DNA from: a virus
Lineage: Duplodnaviria; Heunggongvirae; Uroviricota; Caudoviricetes
Direction: 5' to 3' (one strand)
Length of the DNA: 64,000 nucleotides
IMG/VR virus record: IMGVR_UViG_3300015615_000629
Location: 160,001-224,000 of that record
Shown: piece after piece, positions 20,028 to 27,401 of the stretch
How the letters are laid out: each line of letters starts with the position of its first letter
Position numbering within the stretch: position 1 is the first letter of the stretch
Position numbers and translations under genes: made by a program
The notes under the pieces: generated by a model
What the model saw: the letters and a program-made list of their open reading frames with translations, nothing else
The model's database searches: none
What the model was told of the DNA's origin: nothing

Positions 20028-21046
20028 TAGTCACCTCTTCTTCGCTTGGTTTTTCTTACAGATTGAAAACCAAATACCGAATCTTTATCATCCTTGGAGT
20101 CTGGCATTTCTTCGTCCATTGATTTGAGGATTTCGATGGCTTCATCGTAAGGATCGCCAAGAATACAAACCGCCGAGAAAAGTTCTTTTAGGTGAGCAAT
20201 GGACATACCATCTGTATCTTCTACCCAAACTTTAAGATTAACCTTTTTCTCAATATCTTTCTTAATGGTTTCATCTTTGACTTGGCTCATAAGATGTTTG
20301 AAATAAATCTTCCTTGATTCGTCGCCTGGGGGCGGCATTTTAAAGCGGCGATCAAAGCGAGACGGACGATTGATAATACGTTGGCCGAGTCTTTCCGGAT
20401 AGTTCGTTGTCGCCAAAAACACCGTTCTATCAATCTTCTCAACACCATCCAAGATATTCAATACTTCCGATTCAGAGTAAATTTCTAGTGTCGAATCGAT
20501 GTCCTCCATTAGGACAACCAAAGGCGTTTCTGGTTGGATTTCTCTAAAAATTCTGATTCCATCCGTGAAAAGACCTGGATCACCGAAGTTGAATACAACG
20601 CCACCACGGAGAATTACATCTGCCATGATAAGTTGAATTGTTGAACTTTTTCCGGAACCCGGAGGGCCTAATAATAGGATACCCCTCTTGTGGGGGATGT
20701 TGTATTCTTGATAAACTTTACGTAATTCCCAGAACTTTTTAATTTCAGAAATTACTTTTTCTGAATTAGTTTCTGGGAATTGAATTAAACCCTCTGTTTT
20801 AACGGGGATTTTTCGAAAAAAGAGTCCTTTGGTGTTGCTTATGTCAATAGAATAAGTAGCTGGAGGAAGAGTGTCGAATGTATTGCCAGCAGGATAAAAC
20901 CTATTTCCATCACCGCTGGTCCATTGGGACAACTTTTCATTAAACATTTCTTTTGATTTGTCGTAATACGGAGATTCCTCCCCGACAGGAAAAACTTCAT
21001 CTATTCTTCTAAAGAGTTCGGCTGGAGTACATGGTTTTTCATTCAT
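20024..21046 (-). CDS. AAA+ ATPase
   Basis: GPPGSGKS, LMEDID, TTNYPERL...RPSRFDR. Confidence 0.9.
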   Translation of the reverse strand: MNEKPCTPAELFRRIDEVFPVGEESPYYDKSKEMFNEKLSQWTSGDGNRFYPAGNTFDTLPPATYSIDISNTKGLFFRKIPVKTEGLIQFPETNSEKVISEIKKFWELRKVYQEYNIPHKRGILLLGPPGSGKSSTIQLIMADVILRGGVVFNFGDPGLFTDGIRIFREIQPETPLVVLMEDIDSTLEIYSESEVLNILDGVEKIDRTVFLATTNYPERLGQRIINRPSRFDRRFKMPPPGDESRKIYFKHLMSQVKDETIKKDIEKKVNLKVWVEDTDGMSIAHLKELFSAVCILGDPYDEAIEILKSMDEEMPDSKDDKDSVFGFQSVRKTKRRRGDY

Positions 21047-21071
21047 GTCCGGATTGTAGGTAGAAATAAAT

Positions 21072-22004
21072 TTAAATACAAGACGAAATCTTGCGGTGTT
21101 TTGTCACGGCTTCACAGAATTCGTAAAGTTGTTCTTCTGAGAAAGTAAATTTTGCATAATTTGCAATACAGGAGACAAATTGAATATTGTCTTTGAGGTA
21201 TCCTCGTGAAGAGTCAATCCTGTCAACGCTGGCTTTGTCGGGAGTAAATGGTATCCATCTTTTCCCATTACAATTAGGCAACTTTAAGTTCCAACCAGTA
21301 TATGGGCAAATACCGCCTTGTTTGTCCCATTGCTTTTTTAAATCTTCTAAAGTAACAAACACAACTTTTCGTTTGTTGGAGTGCCGTTTCATTGAACCAA
21401 ACAAAATTTTAAATGGAGAATATTCATCTTTGCCATTAAAAGCAATACTATTCTCTGGTGAAATTTTTGGATTTACAACCGAATAACAAAAGTTAAATAA
21501 ATCCATCTCTGAAAAGGAGTTTTTTGCCAAATTACCAATATATGCAATAAAATGAATGTTATCTAATGCGTAATCTTTTTTGGAATCAATTCTATCAACA
21601 CTCGCCTGTTCTGGAATTTGCCCTAACGGAAATTTCATGTTTCGAGGCAATTTCAAACCCCATCCTGTGTAATGGCATATTCCATTTTGTTTTTCCCAAA
21701 TATTTTTCAAATCAGCCAGAGCAACACGGCAGTTAATACCGCGTTTATTTTTATTCATGCTTCTATAAAGCAATCTAAATGGAGAAAATTCATCAGTCGA
21801 AGAATATATTAATGAATTTTCTTTCGTCCAAGCATATGGCTTACCAACGTCTTTAATGTGCTTTATATTGATCGAACTGTTAGCAGAGCATTTTAAAGAA
21901 CAATAAACTCGTCGTCCCTTTTTGACATTTCTTTTTACCTCATTTGCCCTTCGACTAAATATTTGGCCGCATGTTTCGCATATAAGTTCAACTAATTTTC
22001 TCAT
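21072..22004 (-). CDS. Protein with zinc finger and two tandem HNH-like domains
   Basis: Q.GIC.YTGW.L...ASVDRIDS...Y..DNI.F....N.AK occurs twice. Confidence 0.75.
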   Translation of the reverse strand: MRKLVELICETCGQIFSRRANEVKRNVKKGRRVYCSLKCSANSSINIKHIKDVGKPYAWTKENSLIYSSTDEFSPFRLLYRSMNKNKRGINCRVALADLKNIWEKQNGICHYTGWGLKLPRNMKFPLGQIPEQASVDRIDSKKDYALDNIHFIAYIGNLAKNSFSEMDLFNFCYSVVNPKISPENSIAFNGKDEYSPFKILFGSMKRHSNKRKVVFVTLEDLKKQWDKQGGICPYTGWNLKLPNCNGKRWIPFTPDKASVDRIDSSRGYLKDNIQFVSCIANYAKFTFSEEQLYEFCEAVTKHRKISSCI

Positions 22005-22029
22005 ATTGGTAAACTAGTAATTTACCAAT

Positions 22030-22060
22030 AAAAAAGCCCACGAAAATTAATTCGTGGGCT
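22030..22060 (-). terminator. Rho-independent terminator after tmRNA
   Basis: 10-bp stem AGCCCACGAA/TTCGTGGGCT followed by T-run on minus strand. Confidence 0.85.
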
Positions 22061-22063
22061 TAG

Positions 22064-22419
22064 TGGACGAGCCGAGTATGACCTCGGGTCTTATCCGAAA
22101 TGTAGAAGAATCTCATTTCACAGGTTTAGTTCGTTGTTTAATCTCGCCGAATCAACGCACAACAAACAAAGCGTTTATCCGGCCAGCAGAAACTTTATTT
22201 AAGCCCAACCGTATCCGCAATGGATTGAGCCGATCTGAGTTTGGCAAACAAATTCAAGACGCTCTCAGATAGCTTCCTAAATTTGTGCTGCTTTTAATTA
22301 AGCAGCGATTGCAAGATCATTGCCAATTAAGGCGTTTAGTCGAGTTTTAGGGAAGACCTCTCGACCAACTTCCACCTGCGATTCGGCGACACTTTCGAAT
22401 AATCGAAACGTTCTCGCCC
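22064..22419 (-). ncRNA. ssrA: tmRNA
   Basis: Acceptor stem GGGCGAG/CTCGTCC-A with G3.U70, T-stem CCGAG/CTCGG, tag frame GGC AAT GAT CTT GCA ATC GCT GCT TAA = (A)GNDLAIAA with GCTGCT/AGCAGC hairpin round the stop, 356 nt. Confidence 0.93.
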
Positions 22420-22429
22420 GTATGGTGCT

Positions 22430-22457
22430 ATCTTAGCACAATCTCATCCCTTGTCAA
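22430..22457 (-). promoter_or_regulatory. Sigma70-type promoter of tmRNA
   Basis: TTGACA-16 nt-TAAGAT with extended -10 TG, 10 nt above mature 5' end. Confidence 0.75.
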
Positions 22458-22487
22458 GTATCTATGGAGGATTTCTGCATTTTGTAT

Positions 22488-23360
22488 CTATCTATCGAGC
22501 ATTTCTTTATGAATGGTCAAAAACTCAGGAGCAATAACGCCTTTGTAGCCAATAGATTCGATTGACAAATAGGATGTCATAAAATGTGGATAATATCCTT
22601 TTGGATGAGTTATGCCTTCTAAATCGTCCCCTACATAATTTGGATTTTGATCATTTGACAGAACATCTTCGTCTATAACTATTTTTGAATAATCTGATAA
22701 AGCCTCACCGGCCACCTTGATAATTACTGAATCGTCCTCGTATTCCCCCATCAAAAACTTGCAATTCTCTACTGCGTCGTTCTCGTTTGATGTCAAATAA
22801 ATAACTTTTTGAATTGATATTTTAGAATTGTTATAACTTCCCATTCCATCTTCTCTAGATGGTATTAATCCATCTTTTAAGATAGAGGGGAGCCGTTCTT
22901 TCAATGTGGCATGATACCATGTGTCTTCTTGAATTGTCTTTAGAACTCTAAGCCCAAAACGTTTATTGGATACACGTTTTTGTTCTTTGCCCCATGTTTG
23001 ATATTGTCCAATTATTTCTTTAACTTTACCTAAAGTTTCCGGCAACTTACCAAATATCTTCCCATTTATAAAAACGTTAAAATTATTTAATGTTCCTAGT
23101 TTAGCCAACATCTTAAGAAATGCTGTGGTATGAGGATCGTATTCTGCCTTTTCATCATTTATGATAATTTTGTTATTTTTAGAATCTAGAAAATAACCAT
23201 ATTTAGTATCAATAGCATTTACACAAACCCAACCTTCTGGTGTTGCTGAAAACGATAAAATTCCATTTGTTTTAAACGCCTCTTTAGAGAGAGGACTTAA
23301 ATATTCCGGAATTTGTCTTAAATTCTCACAAATCAGCCATTCCGAAAACTCCATAATCAT
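22488..23360 (-). CDS. Putative ADP-ribosyltransferase-fold protein with MEFSEWLICE leader
   Basis: WYHAT...SILKDGLIPS...IYLTS...VIIKV...GYKGVIAPEFL. Confidence 0.6.
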   Translation of the reverse strand: MIMEFSEWLICENLRQIPEYLSPLSKEAFKTNGILSFSATPEGWVCVNAIDTKYGYFLDSKNNKIIINDEKAEYDPHTTAFLKMLAKLGTLNNFNVFINGKIFGKLPETLGKVKEIIGQYQTWGKEQKRVSNKRFGLRVLKTIQEDTWYHATLKERLPSILKDGLIPSREDGMGSYNNSKISIQKVIYLTSNENDAVENCKFLMGEYEDDSVIIKVAGEALSDYSKIVIDEDVLSNDQNPNYVGDDLEGITHPKGYYPHFMTSYLSIESIGYKGVIAPEFLTIHKEMLDR

Positions 23361-23417
23361 TCTTTATCTATCATAACCTGCAACAAAATTAACGCTAAAT
23401 CGGCTAGATACCCTTAT

Positions 23418-23591
23418 ATGAAACGAGATACTAAAAATGCCATGTTGGGTGGTGTTTGTGCCGGGTTGGCCAAAGCAACGGAAACCGACGTACTTCTTTG
23501 GCGTATTGGTTTTGCTTTGTTAACGCTTGCCGGATTTAGCTTGGGCTTCTGGATTTACTTACTTCTCTGGATATTAACCGAAAAGGAATAA
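23418..23591 (+). CDS. pspC: PspC-domain membrane protein (57 aa)
   Basis: Not in ORF track; MKRDTKNAMLGGVCAGLAKATETDVLLWRIGFALLTLAGFSLGFWIYLLLWILTEKE. Confidence 0.88.
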   Translation: MKRDTKNAMLGGVCAGLAKATETDVLLWRIGFALLTLAGFSLGFWIYLLLWILTEKE

Positions 23592-23594
23592 GAA

Positions 23595-24686
23595 ATGAAA
23601 TTTGACGAATATTTGAACGCTAAGGGCAATATCGACAAGCCTAAAGTAAAAGTTGTTGCCGACTATGAAGGCCCCAAGGGCGTTGAAGATAAAGCAGCAA
23701 AGAAAAATTGCTGCAAAATGAAGAGCCTAAAAGAATATTTGGATGAAAAAGGCAAGATTACCGAACCTAAAGTCGAATTAGTGGCTGATTATAAAGGCCC
23801 AGACCCTGTTTCTCCGGAACAAGGCGGCTCAAAAACAAAGCCTTATCGTGCGACCGCAAGTAATGAATCTGCTCCAAAGGGAGAATGTGGTTTTGGAGAT
23901 AAAGGCGATAAGAATTTAATTTATGAACCAGACGTAGAAATTAAAGGTAAAAACACCGCTATTCCAGGCGGCAAAACCCTTGCCAAGGAAACACTTACAA
24001 AAACGGAACAGTTTTTAAATAAAACCAAAAATATGTCTTTGGATGAATTTACAGATTATATGTTACAAGAATGCTGTGGAGACGGGGCTACCGAAGATTT
24101 GCCGACAGTAACAGCTTATACTGCTGGTAAGTTTCATCCATTTCCGCCAGAAGCCATCAAATACATTACGGCTTTGTCCGGTAAAAATGGTGGAATTATG
24201 GAAAGTTTAGTTAATGAGATGAAGCGTCAAAAACTTGGTGGTGCTCTTGTCAAGACTTTAATGGATCATCCGGAGATTTATGATGAAATTACTAGTCTTC
24301 TAGGCGATCCGGATGGTGGTTCAAAGAGAAGTCAATCTTTGGCTCGCAGCATGAATGAGCATTACAATAAATTTCTAGATGAACAATCCGCCCTTTATGA
24401 ATCTGTTGGGCCGCCGATGGGAATGGGCATGGATGACGAAGATGAGGACGATGATGATGACGAAGAAAGCGATCATGATGGTTCTGAATTAATGGACGAA
24501 CCAGAAGATGCTGAAAACGACGACCAAGGCGAAGATGATGAGATTGAGCCATCGGATGATGAGGAACCGATGGATCACGAAGATATGCCAAAAGAGAAAA
24601 AGTTAAAGAAACGTTTTGCTCATCACAACATGATCGATGCTATGAAGGATCATGAACCAATGCGTCAATACATGAGTGGTTATTAA
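23595..24686 (+). CDS. Acidic protein with duplicated N-terminus, possible head internal/core protein
   Basis: MKFDEYLNAKG..KPKV..VADYEGP and MKSLKEYLDEKG..EPKV..VADYKGP; D/E-rich tail. Confidence 0.55.
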   Translation: MKFDEYLNAKGNIDKPKVKVVADYEGPKGVEDKAAKKNCCKMKSLKEYLDEKGKITEPKVELVADYKGPDPVSPEQGGSKTKPYRATASNESAPKGECGFGDKGDKNLIYEPDVEIKGKNTAIPGGKTLAKETLTKTEQFLNKTKNMSLDEFTDYMLQECCGDGATEDLPTVTAYTAGKFHPFPPEAIKYITALSGKNGGIMESLVNEMKRQKLGGALVKTLMDHPEIYDEITSLLGDPDGGSKRSQSLARSMNEHYNKFLDEQSALYESVGPPMGMGMDDEDEDDDDDEESDHDGSELMDEPEDAENDDQGEDDEIEPSDDEEPMDHEDMPKEKKLKKRFAHHNMIDAMKDHEPMRQYMSGY

Positions 24687-24997
24687 TGAAAACTTTCAAT
24701 GAGTGGTTAGAGCAAAATGGCATTCCAATTCATCCAATTTCTCAAAACAACCAACAATCTTTTGTTCTTGCTTTTAAACAAAAAGTAGGACAATATCTTC
24801 CACAAGTTAAACAAGCAGGTATAGACATACAGGCTCACGATGATCGCGGCACTTTTTCTGTTGGTATTGGACAACAAGCAAAAGAATTTAATTTTAACCA
24901 AGGATCAGAAGCCGCTATTTTTGCTTTAACTCTGTTGCAAAACCATTTAAGAGGGCAACAAGGTGGAGCATACCCTTCAGGCCAAGACCATTTTTAA
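24686..24997 (+). CDS. Small protein with MKTFNEWLE leader
   Basis: Leader motif; TAATG coupling. Confidence 0.65.
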   Translation: MKTFNEWLEQNGIPIHPISQNNQQSFVLAFKQKVGQYLPQVKQAGIDIQAHDDRGTFSVGIGQQAKEFNFNQGSEAAIFALTLLQNHLRGQQGGAYPSGQDHF

Positions 24998-25004
24998 TGT
25001 ATTT

Positions 25005-25150
25005 GCCAGCGCGACACGATATACCGCCGCTGGCGGGGCGGTTGAAAGGAGGCACTCCCGCAGGGACACCACGGGGTTTCTCAAGGCTCATGTCGTCACC
25101 TATCCCTGTTGCTCTATGGCAACTACCGACGGGATCAGCGGCTGCGCTGA
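25005..25150. ncRNA. Candidate structured non-coding RNA, family unknown
   Basis: About 63% GC (92/146 by hand) between convergent genes; nested complementary segments. Confidence 0.5.
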
Positions 25151-25151
25151 A

Positions 25152-25439
25152 CTACTTATGAAACTTATGCGTTTTGCCTCTAAAATGGGCTTGGTCGCCA
25201 AGCATTGTATCACCGATTATATCAGCTGCTTGGTCTAAAAGTTGGGCTGCTTTAAAAATTTGTTCGTGGTGTGCCTGGAATTCTGGGTCTAGGTTAAAAG
25301 TCGTTCTGAGATTTCTTGCCAAAGTACGAATCTGGTTTTCTGCTCCGGAAATATGGTGCGGCATCAACGGCGGGCCATCGAGTTTTTGATCGTAATTCAT
25401 TTCGTTTAGTCTCGAAGACCATTCAAAGAAATTTTTCAT
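25152..25439 (-). CDS. Small protein with MKNFFEW leader
   Basis: Leader motif; TATATA 4 nt upstream. Confidence 0.65.
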   Translation of the reverse strand: MKNFFEWSSRLNEMNYDQKLDGPPLMPHHISGAENQIRTLARNLRTTFNLDPEFQAHHEQIFKAAQLLDQAADIIGDTMLGDQAHFRGKTHKFHK

Positions 25440-25625
25440 GCCTTATATATTGCTTTTCTTGTCGAATCTAACCACCAGATATTCAAGGATAGCGGCTGAA
25501 AAAGCTAAAACACCAGCAAAAGCGATAAATTCAGTTGATTTTAACACTGCGGCGATCAAACCTAAAGAAACGCTCAATAAGGCAAAAAATACGGCTACTA
25601 ACTCGATTTTATTCCACATTTTGCT

Positions 25626-26036
25626 TTACCATGTAATCGTTTGAATCAGAATGGTTTTTTTGGCATATTCTTCAGGAATAGGAATTTCTTCATTAGACCA
25701 TTTGACAGGTACTTCAAATGTAGATGTTTCAGTTTTAAAACCAAACCCATTTTCTGTTAATTTTTCACGTAATCGAGCTACGAGATTTTTATCGCTACTA
25801 TCTAATATTTTAGCAACTACCCTTCTGCCGGCACATTTGGCTACTTTTTCTACTTCAGCCATAAGTTTATCATAATGTTCTGTTACTTTTGCCTCGAATC
25901 GTTCAATCTCCGCAGCCTTTTCTTTTTCTGCTTGTTCTTGATATAATCTATCTCTTTCTTGTTTTTCAAGTTCAACGACTGGACGCATTTCTTCTGCTAT
26001 TTTTCTGGCTTCTTCGGCATTCATATTACAATCCAT
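25626..26036 (-). CDS. Hypothetical protein
   Basis: 136-aa ORF. Confidence 0.55.
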   Translation of the reverse strand: MDCNMNAEEARKIAEEMRPVVELEKQERDRLYQEQAEKEKAAEIERFEAKVTEHYDKLMAEVEKVAKCAGRRVVAKILDSSDKNLVARLREKLTENGFGFKTETSTFEVPVKWSNEEIPIPEEYAKKTILIQTITW

Positions 26037-26331
26037 GTTCCTCGGCTTTTTCCAGAGCGTATTCTAGCACCTTTGCGAGCCCAGGCCAATCATCACACAG
26101 ACTTTTTTCATCGTCACGCATGAAAGCGTAGTAAAAATATCCTGGCTTATTAGGGACTTCTCCCTGTGGTTCGCCTTCCCAAAAGGAAGCTTCGGCAACT
26201 CTTAAGTATTTACCATTGCCGTGCAATTCAACTGTCCAGCAGGTGGCACCATAGCCATCATCAATGTCGATTTTGGCACATCGAGATTTATGCCCTGCAT
26301 TCCATTTTTCTAGACGTTCGATGAGATCCAT
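26026..26331 (-). CDS. Hypothetical protein
   Basis: 101-aa ORF. Confidence 0.55.
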   Translation of the reverse strand: MDLIERLEKWNAGHKSRCAKIDIDDGYGATCWTVELHGNGKYLRVAEASFWEGEPQGEVPNKPGYFYYAFMRDDEKSLCDDWPGLAKVLEYALEKAEEHGL

Positions 26332-26579
26332 TTTTTGTTTCCTCTGCTACTATTACATGGCATGCAAGACAAAGCCAAATTTTCAATATTATCCATTCCA
26401 CCTTTTGATTTAGGCAAGATATGGTCTAATGTAGCATAATCTGCCCCGATCCCATTGATAGAAAGTGGTTTGCCACAATGACAGCAATTTCGGTTTTTCG
26501 GATTATTCCATAAGATGAAACGCTTTTCGGCCATTAAACGTTGTTCTGCCCTACTAGGCATTTCTTTGTTTCCTAACAA
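26310..26579 (-). CDS. HNH endonuclease
   Basis: CCHCG...TLDHILPKSKGG...NLALSCMPCNSSRG. Confidence 0.9.
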   Translation of the reverse strand: MLGNKEMPSRAEQRLMAEKRFILWNNPKNRNCCHCGKPLSINGIGADYATLDHILPKSKGGMDNIENLALSCMPCNSSRGNKKWISSNV

Positions 26580-26887
26580 TAGGGATAATGTGAATGTCCG
26601 CTTAGAAGTGGTGCTTCTCGCCCGCTACCATCTGCAAAATAACGTTCTTCTATTGTTTTAATTGGATAATCAAAAACTAAAATAGTTCCGTCTTGCTTTG
26701 TTAGTTCTGTGACCCCATAACTCCCAGGAATTAGAATTCTGGTTCTTCCCACATCCCAACCATTTTCTTTGGTTATCATTATTCCTTCAAATTGTCCATA
26801 TCTAACCCGTTCTTCTCTGCCATCTATATAAACATGTGTGCATTCTGTAGGTTGGGAAAAAGTAAATTGTTTAGCAAATTGTTCCAT
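26573..26887 (-). CDS. Hypothetical protein, paralogue of upstream gene
   Basis: PTECTHVYIDGREERVRYG...YFADGSGREA. Confidence 0.7.
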   Translation of the reverse strand: MEQFAKQFTFSQPTECTHVYIDGREERVRYGQFEGIMITKENGWDVGRTRILIPGSYGVTELTKQDGTILVFDYPIKTIEERYFADGSGREAPLLSGHSHYPYC

Positions 26888-26905
26888 AATTTATCTCATG
26901 CTGGA

Positions 26906-27181
26906 TTAATATGATCTTTTTGCTTCTCTGCCGCTACCATCGCCAAAATATTGTTCTTCTATGGTAAAAAATGGTTCATCGAAAATAACGATTGTCCCAT
27001 CTTCTTTAGTGACTTCTGAAACAATCCATCTTGGCATCCTAATTTCATTTCTATTAACTGGCCAGCCGTTTTCATGAGTAATAATTATTACTTCGGTATA
27101 ACCGTATCGCACACGTTCTTCGCGGCCATCCGGATAAACATGTGTACAAGTCGTTGGTCGCGGAAACATTAACCGTTTCAT
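26906..27181 (-). CDS. Hypothetical protein, paralogue of downstream gene
   Basis: PTTCTHVYPDGREERVRYG...YFGDGSGREA; start set at ATG 27181. Confidence 0.7.
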   Translation of the reverse strand: MKRLMFPRPTTCTHVYPDGREERVRYGYTEVIIITHENGWPVNRNEIRMPRWIVSEVTKEDGTIVIFDEPFFTIEEQYFGDGSGREAKRSY

Positions 27182-27191
27182 AAATAATTCT

Positions 27192-27401
27192 CTATCTTGG
27201 GTTTGGGTTCCAATTGTCCCAACCGTATTCCCAAACCGCACGCCAAACCTTTAGACGATGCGGATTATCTTTTCTACTTATTCCTTGTGTTTGTGCTAAT
27301 CTTCCTTCTTGCCAAACTTTATGCCATTCTTCTTTAAATGGCCCATTGAAATAAGTCTGGACCGCAAGGGCTCCCGCAATATTTCTCGCTTGTTCATTCA
27401 T
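27192..27401 (-). CDS. Small Trp-rich hypothetical protein
   Basis: ATGA-coupled to dnaE N-half. Confidence 0.5.
   Translation of the reverse strand: MNEQARNIAGALAVQTYFNGPFKEEWHKVWQEGRLAQTQGISRKDNPHRLKVWRAVWEYGWDNWNPNPR

Noticed and set aside
22054-22272. 72-aa plus-strand ORF
   Set aside because: Antisense to the tmRNA; a shadow ORF
24963-25238. 91-aa plus-strand ORF across the GC-rich island
   Set aside because: Overlaps both flanking genes and has atypical composition; structured RNA is more plausible
26573-27181. Diversity-generating retroelement TR/VR pair
   Set aside because: Both copies are full ORFs differing throughout, and no reverse transcriptase is present in the window
19579-27398. 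Split intein or giant intron joining the dnaE halves
   Set aside because: No intein N/C motifs at the fragment ends; the only intein is a complete cis element; the spacer holds genes on both strands and a terminator
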